Positions 23,590-40,808 are shown, numbered from the whole stretch's first letter. The stretch: 63,713 nucleotides of DNA, filler included, from Lenisia limosa (GCA_001655205.1; 16 parts of 16 records of this genome joined end to end with filler, not necessarily neighbours in it), one strand, 5' to 3'. Notes: generated by a model not told the origin, from the letters alone. Program-made: numbers and translations.

Positions 23590-26500
23590 AAAGTGGTAAC
23601 CAACATGTCAAGCCAAACACGTCACTTCTCAGGCCTGTCTTTCGATCACGATGCCAGATGCTGGCTGGACCTCCATCTTCGTCACGAGTCCGGCGACAAC
23701 TCCTTCGTCTTTAACGACAACAAGGTGCGTGGTTACATGACAAAGCGATAGTATAATCTTGAGATGTAGGGATACAAGGACTGTATGCTAACAATGAAAA
23801 CTCAACTAGTCATAGAGTGTATTCGATTTTGATCTGCGCCTTTGGGGGCTTAACTTGAGATGCAATAAGGTACTCCTTTACTCTCCTGGCATTCGTTGTG
23901 ACCCCTTCCTTACTTCCCATCATTGTAACTTCTTCCTTACTCCCTAGGCATTCGTTGTGACTCGCGGACAATCCACTGCTGGAGACATCATGTCCATTGA
24001 GGACGACATTTCTGTGGTTTGGGGGGGGGGGGGACGAANNNNNNNNNNNNNNNNNNNNNNNNNNNNNNNNNNNNNNNNNNNNNNNNNNNNNNNNNNNNNN
24101 NNNNNNNNNNNNNNNNNCACAGCTTAGACTGGAGTCCCCAAGGTCAATGATGCCCAAACTTTCAGTAGGCATCTAGCTGAGGGTTCAAGATATTTTTTAT
24201 TATCAATGATTGGGTGAAGTTATATTCTTATCCAACATCTCTTTTAATCGTTTGAGTGGACGGCTTCGGCCAGATACAACCTTGTTTTATTTCGCATTCC
24301 ACATTGAATATCATAATAATGACACTCAAATCATGCACAATTCGAATGCGATGGAGTTGTCCCGACTTGTCCTTGACTAACCTCTAGTTCTCTCCGAGTG
24401 CAACTCAACAACCAACTTCGCTCATTACGTCTCTCACGCTCACGACAATAATGAGCAAGAAGAGACTGTGGAGGAGAGTGACGAGAAGGAAGAGAAGAAG
24501 GAAGAAGCGAAGACTGTTGAATCTCTTGAAGAGAAGATGGAAAAGGTTGTGATCGAGAAGGAAGACTTGGTAAGCGGTATACTATGCATACAGATGTCTG
24601 ATATTGCAATTTCCTAATAAGTTGGTAACATTAGTCCCTCCTCCCTTAATTTTGCTAACACTAATCACAGCCTCGTCGTCGTGTTATTGACTCTGATAAT
24701 GATGAAATGGAAGACGAGAAGAAGGAAGAAGAAAAGAAGGAGGAAGAGAAGGAAGAAGAAAAGACAGAAGAAGCGAAGGAAGAAGAAAAGACAGAAGAAG
24801 CGAAGGCCGTAGAGGCAAAGAAAGAGGCAAAGAACGAAGCAAAGAAACTGCGCGCTGAAGAGAAGAATGTTGGTGGTACTAATCGTAAATTATGGTGTAA
24901 CCGCATGGTGTAGTAAACTAATATCGATATTTATCGAGAATTCATCATGAACTGCAATATTTTTTTCAGCCATAAGGACTACATTTCCTCCTCCACCCAA
25001 CTCCTATCTCTCACCCCACAGGCCCGTCGAGAATATGCCAAATCCCAGGAAGATTTTGTTGAGTTCAACTCCATCTCCACCAACCCCTTCCTTCTCCCCA
25101 TCAGACACGTCATCACTGGTTCATGGCCAAACGTGAGTGCTGTCATCCTCAAAACAATGATTCCATATCTTAGAATTATATATATCACACCGTCCATATA
25201 TCTGTGAATTTTCCTCTATCTGTGAAAAAAAGCCGAATGAACATTTTCCTTGATATAATAAGCTGAGAATTACAGTATTTATCATATAATGTTAATTCAT
25301 ATCATTTTTGAGGAACNNNNNNNNNNNNNNNNNNNNNNNNNNNNNNNNNNNNNNNNNNNNNNNNNNNNNNNNNNNNNNNNNNNNNNNNNNNNNNNNNNNN
25401 NNNNNNNNNNNNNNNNNNNNNNNNNNNNGGACGGTGTGATATATGATATATTAATAGTGATATTATTTCTTCAAAGAGTATTATAATAATTAATATTTTG
25501 TTAATAATAATTGCCCGTTGCTCTTGTATTAAGTCACACCATTTGCGTATATTTTCATTTACTGTCACCTTGAAACATTCCTTTTTGTAACCACTTTCTT
25601 CTCTCATCTCATTCGCGTAGTCCCGTATGGAGAACGTTGATGTTAAGCCCACCCACGTCATTGCACTCCCGGCTGACTGCTTCAAGTTGGGAGAACAATT
25701 TCTCATATTTCTTATGATAATGATGTTATACGTATATATCATATATACATGTATACATGTATACATAGTATATCAATTCATATGTAACGAAAAAAATTCA
25801 TGTGAGTCATTACTATGTTGCTTTTGGTTACCATGCTTACCCCTTAGCATCCGCTGCCGCTTCTTATTCTCGCGAGTTGTGTTCTACGCTGACGAACTGG
25901 CTAAGCGTCTCGCGGTCGAACCTGAAGAGATCAAAGTTGGCGGGGTCTCATTTGTTGGGCGGGATGGAGGCCTTCGTTGTGCTGTCTCGAAGTCATTTTT
26001 TGTTGATGTCTATCTTCTGTTTGACACTCACGGTGTCTGTTATTGCTTGGTTTTTGTTTTTGTTTGGAGTTTCAGGTTATTCAATTCGTGGACAGTACCT
26101 TTGCGCCAATATTCTTCATCGAAATTTCCCTCGTTTTGATTGGGTGATCGAGCTATGTCTTCAAAGGCTGGCTCGGGCTTGTTTTTGTGTTGTCACCTGG
26201 TTTTTGTCTAGTTGTTAAGTGTTGGTTGCTCGTGTTTTGCTTATTTTTTTGTTTGGAGTTTCAGATTATTTGGTTTGTGATAAGCACCTTTACCCCCCCN
26301 NNNNNNNNNNNNNNNNNNNNNNNNNNNNNNNNNNNNNNNNNNNNNNNNNNNNNNNNNNNNNNNNNNNNNNNNNNNNNNNNNNNNNNNNNNNNNNNNNNTA
26401 CAAGACCTACTACAATTCTAACGACTATGGAATGGTAGGCCCGTCTGATGCTCTTTGCGTTTCATTTCATCTCTTTCATCACTCTTATAATTGTGATGGA

Positions 26501-26654
26501 CATTTCTCAGTTCCGCATTTCCATAATGCAGCGAATACTCCGTTCCGAGTTTGTTCATCAGCATTCCAGATATTCTTTTGCTTCTAACTGCGTAGGGACA
26601 AAAGAGAGGAGGCCTTGGCGGTCGTGGACGTGGCCGTGGCGGCAGAGGCAGAGG
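23590..26654 (+). CDS. Unknown protein with Glu/Lys-rich middle and RGG-rich C-terminal exon, fragment
   Basis: Exons AFVVTRGQSTAGDIMSIEDDISV; LSECNSTTNFAHYVSHAHDNNEQEETVEESDEKEEKK...; PRRRVIDSDNDEMEDEKKEEEKK...; SRMENVDVKPTHVIALPADCFN|IRCRFLFSRVVFYADELAKRLAVEPEEIK; YKTYYNSNDYGM; GQKRGGLGGRGRGRGGRGR. Confidence 0.55.
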
Positions 26655-26954
26655 NNNNNNNNNNTGTTTCTTATATTATACTAGTTCACACCCCAATGGT
26701 CAACTCTAGTCACACACCCCCAATGGTCAACTCTAGTCACATACTAAAGTAATACATCCAGCAACCAAATGAAAAGGAAACAAAAAAAACAGGGGGGGTC
26801 ACTACAACACCTGAAAAGTCAAAAAAAAAAAAAAAAAANNNNNNNNNNNNNNNNNNNNNNNNNNNNNNNNNNNNNNNNNNNNNNNNNNNNNNNNNNNNNN
26901 NNNNNNNNNNNNNNNNNNNNNNNNNNNNNNNNNNNNNNNNNNNNNNNNNNNNNN

Positions 26955-28820
26955 CCCCCATACATGCCAATCCGACTTGGCACGTCCCTCGATCCTAAAG
27001 ACCACGGACTTGAGATACACAAGAATCATGACACCAAGAACGAGGCAGGTGTATGCCACCTGGAAGTCAGAAATCTGTCAGTGATGCTGAAAAATTGAAC
27101 AGTTCGGAGAAGCCCTCACCGGATAATAGCCGTCAGTATTGACATTGCACTGCTCCTCATCAGGACACGCCATTTCACTGGAGCACGGCATTCCCTCTGC
27201 GCAACTGCCTAATAGGACCGTCACATCGAAATAAAACTGCTCAAGCTCCTCCCCAAGCTTGCTTAACACCAGCATCACCCTCAACAGCGGAGCAATGAGA
27301 ATGACCGAGAGTGCAGCCTACATTTTCTGGCAGTGAACCAGTCAACGGCAGCCAGGACGATGAACTTCGGCCACGTACCCCCAAAGTTTGAAACCGTGTT
27401 GAGGAGCGTGGCATAGGTGCCGCCAATTCGAGGGTCCGCAATCTTAGCAAAGAAGCCTCCCTGGAAACGTTTAGGTTTTTTTTTTATTCCAACCAAAATG
27501 AAACCACAATTCCACCCACCTGCGCAACAAACATAAGGGTCGAGCCGAAATTGGTCATGACTGAGCCAAACAGGACAGCCAGCAAAAGCCCAGGGGCAAT
27601 TGTGCCGTCTTCATCAGCTTCCACATTGCTGACGAGATAAACACCGTACGCCGCCATAGCTAACCGAATGGTAAATCCAAGTAACCAAGGGGCCATGAGA
27701 CTTCGCCCTACAATTGTAAATGCTTTGGATCAAGAAACAATAAGTTTGCTCGTATTCTAACCTTTGGAGGCCCATGCTCCAACAACACACGCAAATATCA
27801 GATCAAGCGGGAATTGGATCAGAACCTACAAAATAAAAAAGTCCTTCTACCAAAAAAGGACCCGTTATACTGTGTCCGATAGTATATACTACATAATTTT
27901 CTGACCAAAATGAGGCCCAATCACTCCCCAAACCACGGCCGCGAGGTCCTCTCTCCGCACCCCGGCCTCCATTAGTTTCAAAGCGGTCACTGCGTCGTTG
28001 CATATGAAGCCGACCTGCAAGGGAAAAGGAAGTGAGCGACAGGAAAAGAGAAACAATACCATCCATCAAGCTTTTCTAACACCTGCCACAAACCTTGCAG
28101 ATCAAAAGGACAAATGAGAACTCTCTCACCGCAGGAAGGTTCATAATTTCCCAGAGCTGGATGAATTAATGGAAGGCTCCAAAATGAAGGAACTTCTCAG
28201 CAAATCCTCGATATTTTATTGCAGTTAAAAGACATATCCCATTTTCTAACCTGTTGAAAGACAACCAATGGTCTGAGTGGAAGTTCTTTATCTTCCTTCT
28301 CCTTCTTAAAGAACCAAACAAAGAGGGTGACAGCCTGCTTCGGTAAGTATCAATACCTTTTACTGTGACTGTGAAAAGCAATTATGAGTCTTTCAATTAT
28401 GAAGAGCAAATGAAATCGTGAGATCATACATATGAAATACTATATACAAACTACTCAAGAAGCAGTCCAAAATTTTTACGCGCCCACAAGATAAGAGAGA
28501 GCTGAAAACTGAAAGAAAGCACTCAAAGAAACCATTGGGATTTCAGAAGGCATTGCTCTACAAAGTAAGAGTATAACATGACATGATAAAAAGGGGTTAC
28601 TATTGAAGGTCCAAACCATTTGCATTCAATAAATATTGAAAATATAACAATGGATTCTTATGTGTATGACAAACCTCAGATATGTGTTGGCGAATTCCGA
28701 AGAATTTAGTGCCAAAAACACAGTAAATGACATAAAGAAGCCAGTGTTCAGCCCCAGGGTCTGGCATGTGCTGGCATAGACCACATTGTCCTCAGAAAGC
28801 ATCGTTAGAGCCCATCCTAA
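26955..28820 (-). CDS. SLC33A1: Acetyl-CoA transporter (AT-1/SLC33A1 family, MFS), 5'-truncated
   Basis: GWALTMLSEDNVVYASTCQTLGLNTGFFMSFTVFLALNSSEFANTYLR, LWEIMNLPAVREFSFVLLICK, STLMFVAQ|GGFFAKIADPRIGGTYATLLNTVSNFGGTWPK and ...DGYYPV. These are hallmark AT-1 motifs. Confidence 0.92.
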
Positions 28821-29203
28821 GAAATTCATGAGTTGGAAAGAGTCTTCAATACTGAGACTTTTCTTAAAACAATTCATACCCTATTATTCCCCTCAGCTTA
28901 TTAAATTTTTTTTAAAAAGTAACCTTTGACTTGTGCCCCTTTGTTTTGTTTTTTATGTTGTTGTTTTGATTTCAATAGTTGCTGTATGTGGGTTTCTTTT
29001 GTTTGGTTTTGTGCTTGTGTTTGCCCAGCCAACCCTTTTTTTGGTACCATTACTACTTTTTTGCTCAGCATCAGTATGGTTTAGAATAGTCACAGTTTGC
29101 TTGNNNNNNNNNNNNNNNNNNNNNNNNNNNNNNNNNNNNNNNNNNNNTTAATTAATTAANNNNNNNNNNNNNNNNNNNNNNNNNNNNNNNNNNNNNNNNN
29201 NNN

Positions 29204-29564
29204 TTCCAACACTGTCAAGGACACTGACAAGGACGAGGATGACGAGAAGCGTGAATACTCCAACGTAAGCCATTTGGGTCTTTTCATGTCCCATTTTGTC
29301 CTTCCTTTTTGTCGCATCTTACACTCTCAGACCCAGAAGTTCTACGCTACTTTCAAGACCACTAACGGAAAGTTCACCTGGGACCCTAAGGTGACCTAAT
29401 GGCTTCTTTTCTGTCAAACTATCACTTTTGATCGGATTTTTGATATCTTTCCAATTGCTTCTGACTCTTTTTAGCTTGGTACCTCCAGCAAGTCTCTTCC
29501 CAACAGCCCTGCCGCCGCTGTTATTGCTGGCTTTGCCATGCTCCTCATTGCCTTCCTTTTCTAG
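29204..29564 (+). CDS. C-terminus of a secreted or surface protein with GPI-signal-like hydrophobic tail
   Basis: Exons ...DTDKDEDDEKREYSN | TQKFYATFKTTNGKFTWDPK | LGTSSKSLPNSPAAAVIAGFAMLLIAFLF-TAG. Confidence 0.55.
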
Positions 29565-30425
29565 GCTTGCTCCTTTTGGTTTTTGATTGCTATACTATTG
29601 TACTTAGGTGTACTCGTTTTGATATTTTTCGATTGAATATTATTTATTATTTTTTCTATACTGGTTTAGCAGTTTCGGTTATATTGGCTTTCGTGAATAA
29701 AGGAATTGCCCCACTCTATGGGAATGACGTGTGGTATCTGGCTGTACCAGTAATAGGAATTGCTTTTTCAAAAATCAACATTGAAGCATGTCATCTGACT
29801 GACTGACAAAAATGCAGAAATTATAACTTACCAAAGTCAGTTGCCAACTCTTTGATCTTCTTGATAGAAACCCTTTTCAAATACTATGACAATGGGTCTG
29901 GGAACTCTGGTCAGAAGACTCAAGAAAATATGAATCTTGGGATCCAAACTAATACAAACACAACTTGGGTGTTTTCAGTGTTTGGATCGTTTGAAGATGC
30001 AGAGTGTTGGGTGGGACAGGTTCTTCAACTTCTAAGTGAAAAGTAGTGTAAAAACAGGAAGAAAAAGGTGTAACCTATAAAGTGACATATTATCTCATAT
30101 CCACTCCTGGATAATTGACTGACAAGTCTCAATGGTATTTCAATACACTCAAACATTACATGTGCCCCCGTATGCATATAGAAACAGCAGAATAAATTCT
30201 ATACTATATCATATCATCATATCTATATTCCTCCTAGCCTGTCCTGTCATCTCCATTTTTCATTGCTTTATATTTGTTTCGGTTAAGGTGAATACTTTCT
30301 GTTGCAATACTGTGATGTTTGCAATATTACCAAATACAATCTGAGATACTGCCCAATACTGACAATAGAATACCATCAACTAAACATCAATAAAAAGGAA
30401 ATGAAGCATTAGGAGTGTGTTTGTC

Positions 30426-32439
30426 TTAGAAGTTGTCTTTCAACTTGCGGACAACATGCATAGTCACTTCATCATAGTCCCCTGAAATGTGAATTTGGGC
30501 GAACAGTTCCTTGAAAAGATTTTCAATTCAACTAGTTGTTATATTTATTGACAGATGACTTGGCAAACCTGATTCGGGAATGTATTGAGAGCCCTGCTTT
30601 CTTGCATTATCTCCAACGGACTTCACCTGAGATATAAACCATCATTTGGTATAATAACAAAAAAGGAATTCAAAAGAGAATATCTTGGCCGAAGCAGTCC
30701 ACTCAAAGTCAGAATGGTCAATTAAAACTATCCAATATTATTGACTGGCAAAATAAAGTGAATCTTTGACAAAACAAACTTATGCCAATAGAGGATTACT
30801 TGAGAAAAGGACAACACTTACACACACCTTGTATCTCATGAAAGGATTAAACTTCTTCTCGTCACCAATTGAGGAGGGGACCTATGAAGTGACTATTACT
30901 TTGCCATGAAGAGGCAAGAACCTTAGGTAGCAATGTAATAATATGTCGAATATCAACCCAAAATTACGGAAAGATGCTGAAAGCTAAATAAATACACTCA
31001 AAAAACATAATATCATTAGATGTAGCAAAATACTTAGGTTGATATCTGAAATACCCAGCAAGATGCTTACAGTGTCTTTGTTTCCGTCTTTCTTCATTTC
31101 AATTGACCACTGCAGCTTGTCAGTGACATCTTTGTTTTCAGGCTCCACAGACGCGGCAAACTTCATGTTGGACAAGGTGTAATTATGCCCACAGTAAACC
31201 TGTCCTGTTAGCTGTCCACATTTCAACAGAGAATACGCAGTTAAAACGAAAAAAAAACAATGTCAGATGATGTGATGCCATTATGATTATATAGTATATA
31301 TCATACATATCACTATTGGATCATTTTCACACGTGTGAACTACCATCTTCAATCTGAAAATACAACAAGTGGCTCGAGAACAATAATTCAATTCCAAGCG
31401 GTCATATGATCATAGCTATTGTGCTACAATTACATACATAATCATCAATAATGCGCTTACCCTCGTGTTATCAGCTAGTTTTGAGAGCCTGTCAGCTGAA
31501 ACAACCATATCGCGAGCACTTCCCTAATGTTCATTAGTAAGTCTTCACTCTGGGCTGTGCAAGACTGGTAAAACATGGATATTTCGAGGAATTATCAAGA
31601 AATATGGTGCTTTTTGCGGAGCAAATTGAAGAATTAGTGTGTTGTCATCCAAAATTACGGCATTATTGAAATCATATTGGGAGATACTAAAATCGGAAAC
31701 CAAAGAACCATCATCAATATCCATCCCCCACCTCGAAGAACCGGCCGCAGCCGCCGACAAAGAGAATGTCTCCCGTAAACACAGCCGGCTCGGAATTTGG
31801 TGCAGTGCAGTGGTATGAGATGTGACTGGTCGTGTGGCATGGAGTGGCGATCGCTTCGATTTTAACTGCGCCCATCTGAGGTTGTCAAAGATGCCTTTCC
31901 GCATTTATGGCAAATCCAGTTTTCGCATTCCATAAAAGGAAATGAAAGAGGGGAAATGGGAATGAGAGATGAAAGTTAGTTACCTTGATAATATCGCCAT
32001 GCTCGATCTTTTTCTCGACACCAGGCACTCTGTCGTCCCCAGAAACAATAGTGCCACCATACTTGGTGTTCATTTCGGTCACTCCTCCAATGTGGTCCTT
32101 TTGAGGTGAACAAAATACAAATTGGGGTAAAGCCTTATATCCTTTTGATACTCAAACAGAAAACCTCGACTTCCTGATGTCCACACATACATCATGGTGG
32201 TGAGTGCAAAGAAGGTACTTCAAGGCTACGTTTTGGGATGACACTTCTTTGGAACAGGGAGAGAACTCTCCAACGTCGATAATTGCTGCCTCATTTGACT
32301 AAAATTGTGATATATTTGTTACTGCCCAGTATAGAATAGCAAAGCAAAGCTTTATTTAAAACAAGATATCACATACCTGAGTATCTTTGACAAGATACGC
32401 ATAGTTGTCATCAAACATCTTAATAATAGTGACTTCCAT
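30426..32439 (-). CDS. HAGH: Hydroxyacylglutathione hydrolase (glyoxalase II), apparently complete
   Basis: [21 protein letters not shown]|[11 protein letters not shown]...LLCTHHHD|DHIGG...|[21 protein letters not shown]...[18 protein letters not shown]|GSARDM...|[22 protein letters not shown]...|[17 protein letters not shown]...[11 protein letters not shown]. All metal ligands of the THxHxDH/H/D/H set are present. Confidence 0.93.
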
Positions 32440-32589
32440 CTTGAAAAGCAGAAAACAAGTATTCTGTTGTTTTTTTTTCATTTTTGCTCTATCCCGGCCC
32501 GACTGTCGACAGTCACTGTCGCCATAATGTTGCCAAGCCTTTCAGTAGCATTTTTTTCGTATTAACTTTTTGTATTATTCAAATTGAAA
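32440..32589. promoter_or_regulatory. 150-bp interval between the divergent start codons of HAGH and ADH5 (probable bidirectional promoter plus both 5' UTRs)
   Basis: ATGs at 32439 (-) and 32590 (+), with no gap or repeat between them. Promoter function is inferred from geometry only. Confidence 0.6.
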
Positions 32590-36218
<3,629 letters not shown>

Positions 36219-36532
36219 TTAACCCGCTTTTTGTTTTCAATGTCCGTTCTTATTCTTAAGACATATCGATATCATTATTTTCATGCATTTATTTTCCAGT
36301 ACAAGATGGGGGGGGGGGGGGTTNNNNNNNNNNNNNNNNNNNNNNNNNNNNNNNNNNNNNNNNNNNNNNNNNNNNNNNNNNNNNNNNNNNNNNNTGCAGC
36401 AGTGTTTAAATCATAAACCTTTATCAAAAAAACATAGCAAAATCAAAATAGCATCACAAAATATACTAGAAAAAGACCACAGAGCAAAAATGACCTTCAC
36501 GAAACAATAATACGGCAAAAATGAAAGAAATA

Positions 36533-39500
36533 CTACTTAATCGCTGAGCGATAAGACGGAGGGTTGGACCGCGCTGATAAACTCGCTTCAGACCTGGAAA
36601 CGAAGGAAAGTTAAATGAAGAATATTATGTCGTAAAGGCACTAAATCACGAACCACATAATCTGAAGTAAAAATGGAAAAATTACGGAAAAAGCCTAAAA
36701 TCAACTCTGTTGGCTAGAAACACACGGATTGGTTTGTTGTAAACACAAAACAAACAAATCACTAGGGGTGGGGTGCTATTTCAAATAAAATTAACAATGA
36801 GAATCATGATATGATATGATTATCCATATCATATAGTAATGATTATAGAGATGAGAAATAAAACAAGGTGGTATCTGGCGAAGCTGTCCACACCATCAAG
36901 ATATTGGAATATTGTATTAATTCCCATTAATTTGCCTGGCTGCACACACCCCAGCATATACAGTACATATCATATGATACTACAATGTAGAACCAAGAAG
37001 ACGATGCTCGATATTTATCGATATTTATCGATATTTCATAGTCTCGTGAAATCAACCCCCCAAGCTCACCTTATACCCTTGGAGCGATCCGTGGATCTTC
37101 CGGATCGACTTGTGGAGGGGCCAGTGCGATGACCGGAACGGTGCGAGGGGGCGGAAGATGCGTCACTTTCATCACCGCTATCATCGGAATCATCGTCGGT
37201 CGATGTTGATGAGGAACTGCGAAGGGGTGAGATGGGGAACAGAACGGAATTTGTTTGATCTTGTGGGAATTGTCAATAAAAGTACAGTGATTCTTCAATA
37301 TTCAATATTTCAATCCTTATGACGAACCAATAGATCAATAGTATAATTTTAAAAACAAGACATGGGGATCCAGCCAACCTCGCGTCGGAGTCGGAACTGG
37401 GGGAGTCGGAAACGTCAGAATACCGGGGTTCCGGGGAAACGGTTGAATCTGATTTTCGGTTGTAGTAGCTGTCGCGGGACTCTTGCTTTCTGAAGAACAG
37501 TGAAAAAAGCGAATCTTAGGGTGTTATCCAATATACGTCTTTCATACATGCTTTGTTAATATAGAAATAAAAGCAATGTTAAAAAAAATCTTGGAATACA
37601 AAAGAATACTACATAAACAAATTTACATATGATCATATGATATATTCTCAATTTTTGTTTATTCCAATACTCACAATAGTTCTTGCCTTAGAAAAAATAC
37701 CCACGATAAGCCGGAGTTGGACTCGGAGATGACGGTCGGAACATGCGGGTCGTCCGGTTCCTCCACCCACTCGCCGTCGGAGTTCCAATACCCGTTCCGC
37801 ACACTCTGGGGGGAGGGGGGAATAAAATTGAAAAATTTATGAAACAAAAAAAAAAGCCCAAAAGCAACTCTGTTGGCTGATAGCACACAAGGGTTGATAA
37901 CAACAAACAAACAAAACCCAGGCCAGTCGCTTCCGCAGCACCGCATCCTTTTTTTCATCACCCCAGCGAGGGGGGGGGGATCATTTATAATAGTATTAAT
38001 ATGATATGTATTTTCCTGAGGTAGTTAATAATCATTGTGTTGTATGTGTGAAAAAGAGGGTGGAAACGAAACAATCGCTCACGATGAAGGAGAGGGCTGG
38101 AAGGAGTGCAGTGGGATGTGTTGTGGTTTCACCTTCATCGTCCCATTCATCCTGATGTAATGAGTATAATTCCTGTTTGTAATCAGAACTGATTAGAAAT
38201 AATGAAACTAATAAATTCATAAATCACCAGAAAGGGGAAAGATGTAACTAATATGACACATTAACACCACTCATTCATTCTCTATTGAAAGGATTTTTAG
38301 AAACATAAGTGCATATATTTGGTTTAATATGGATTAAACGAATGGCAGTGAAACTCAAATGATTATGATGCAATGTAAATTATCTTGCGAAACTCAAATG
38401 AAAAATCCTATCTTGCGATCTTGAGATCTTGTAAAGAGCGAATCTGATAATTGCAACCATGCCACCTACCTCATCATCAGCTTCGTAGACCTTGACTTTA
38501 CTCGACCCAAACAGTCCAAACAGGAAGTTGCCGTGCCGCCATCGTTTTGACCCTCGGACTGCAACAAAGAATCCGACAAGCAAGGCCACTCCTGCGACAG
38601 TCACTCAAATTAGTGCTTCACCTTAGGTCCCAAATGACGGAAAAAATATCGATATTTATCGAAGATTTATCGATAACTAAGTCTGTTTTGGAGCTTAACT
38701 CAAAACGGTGGCGAGATGACTCCTCAAAAAAGGTATTTGCAAAAGATTATGTATCTCCCAAGGATTATTCGCGAATATATTTATTTTCGAAATGACAACT
38801 CTTTTAACTGCTTTCTTTTTTTTCACCTCCTGTGTAATGAACATCAACGAGTGTGGACTGACTACATATGATCTGCTTATAAGCTAGATCACTATGACTG
38901 TAACACTGTCATGGCCAAGCAAACCTATAGCAGCCATGGTCTTCCACATATTAATGATAGCGTCAAGAAGATCCATGCACAAGGCATTCTGGGGGGGGGG
39001 GGGNNNNNNNNNNNNNNNNNNNNNNNNNNNNNNNNNNNNNNNNNNNNNNNNNNNNNNNNNNNNNNNNNNNNNNNNNNNNNNNNNNNNNNNNNNNNNNNNN
39101 NNNNNNNNNNNNNNNNNNNNNNNNNNNNNNNNNNNNNNNNNNNNNNNNNNNNNNNNNNNNNNNNNNNNNNNNNNNNNNNNNNNNNNNNNNNNNNNNNNNN
39201 NNNNNNNNNNNNNNNNNNNNNNNNNNNNNNNNNNNNNNNNNNNNNNNNGAAACTATCATCATAATCCTTAGATATGCAATCCTTTTGACCATCATCCTCC
39301 CGGCACCTTCATTAAAAAGAAAGCGGTGCGTATAGCGGAGCACGAAAGAAGCTCTTCAACAATCGCCTGTGCCTCCATCATCTTCGCTGCCTAGTTGATG
39401 AGCATAAGATGAAATCTTGAAAGCAGAGGAGAAAAGAGGCAAGGGTGGGCGGGTATAACACATCTATCACTTTGTATGCATAGTTGCTACTCGCAAGATG

Positions 39501-40808
39501 AACCATTGAACTTCAAAGGAGAGGTAGTGGGGGTAGAGACAAAAGATAGATATCGATAATATCATATGTGAAAATAAAAAAAGATAGCCATCCTCATTGA
39601 GTCAGAAAAATAGAACAAAGGCAGTAGGCTGTTCCTGAAAGAGAAAGGAACATTAAATATCAATAGTGCAATTTACGCCAGAAATCATTCCCCCAACTAC
39701 TAACACGACTTAGAGCAAACCATGTTTTCCACGGCAGATTTGCGAACAAGAAGCGCATCCTTAATAACTAAAAATGTCATTTCAAGCAATCCCCAGGTAT
39801 TTTATATCCCAAGACACTAATATAAAAGAAATAAAATTGCATAAAGGATTCACTTCGAGAAGGTCACAAAAAAACAATAGTTCTCGAGGATTTATCGATA
39901 TTGTCATTCTTTTTAAAAGGTGGGGGCCTCGGTGTTAAGCCTTGATTGATTTTCCTGATTGTGCATTGTCACTATAATTATATATCACTTTTTGGGGAAT
40001 AGTATGAGAGTAGTTGGAATTTCAAATGTATGAAAACGGCCACCTTCAGCCCCTTGGACCCACCTCCATCAGGTAGAATGCCAATTTGATTTCCAAGGTC
40101 TGACGCGGTGCTATTCAGAACCGCAGTGGTGTTGGTGATTTCCACAAGCAACCCGCCAGCAAGGTCCTATGGTGTTAATAGGGTTCATCATATCACAGAG
40201 TGCAATAACAGACTGTATCTAGTTCTCAATACCAATAAAGGTCCGCGTATCTCAACATTAAGACGTTCGAAAATAAGACAACAATCAACAGGAGAAACAA
40301 TAAACTATTTTGGTCTGAGGAATCTCCAATGTAGCAATGGCTTGCTTTCGGTCAGAAAAAGACCCATACAATATTGATATGCATCGAGAAATTCCGTCTT
40401 TTTAATGGGTCCATTGGGGCAACATACCTGAGCAGGGCAATCAACGAGGAAGGAGAGCGGGGAGCTGGAGCTTTTGTCATTGATCATTACGTCAATGGTA
40501 TAGCATACGTCACTCGTCGCAACCGAGATCTGCAGTTTTTAGAATGCCGTATTGAGATCGGCAGTTATTAGAATGCCATATTGAGATCTCCAGTTTGAAC
40601 AACTATCATAAGATAAATGAGGAAATGATGGGGGAGACTATCATTGATAAAAGGAGTCAGTCAGTACCCACGGGTAGATGGATGGCAAACGCAAGGAACA
40701 TAGCCGTCAAAATGAGGAAGTCCGTGAGGGACATGAGGATGGCAAGGATGAAGAGAAAGGGCACCGCTGCCGCCACCAATGCCATGAGAGCCAGACCAGC
40801 CGCAATTG
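36533..40808 (-). CDS. Prominin/tweety-like multi-pass membrane protein, 5'-truncated, with S/D-rich cytoplasmic tail
   Basis: TM exon IAAGLALMALVAAAVPFLFILAILMSLTDFLILTAMFLAFAIHLPV, then AQAIVEELLSCSAIRTAFFLMK|NALCMDLLDAIINMWKTMAAI|GVALLVGFFVAVRGSKRW, resembling the prominin C-terminal 'C..........C...D.ln.fW + TM + basic' pattern. Low-complexity tail to ...SYRSAIK-TAG. Confidence 0.55.
37806..37950 (-). repeat. Full-length copy of intron-end cassette A forming a 3' splice site
   Basis: GGATGCGGTGCTGCGGAAGCGACTGGCCTGGG...TTATCAACCCTTGTGTGCTATCAGCCAACAGAGTTGCTTTTGGGC...GTTTCATAAATTTTTCAATTTTATTCCCCCCCTCCCCCCAG|AGTGTG. Other copies at 1-45, 3562-3640, 4480-4591, 9955-10075, 14119-14295, 17896-18075, 41150-41260, 45145-45225, 47920-48180 and 54345-54482. 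Confidence 0.85.
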
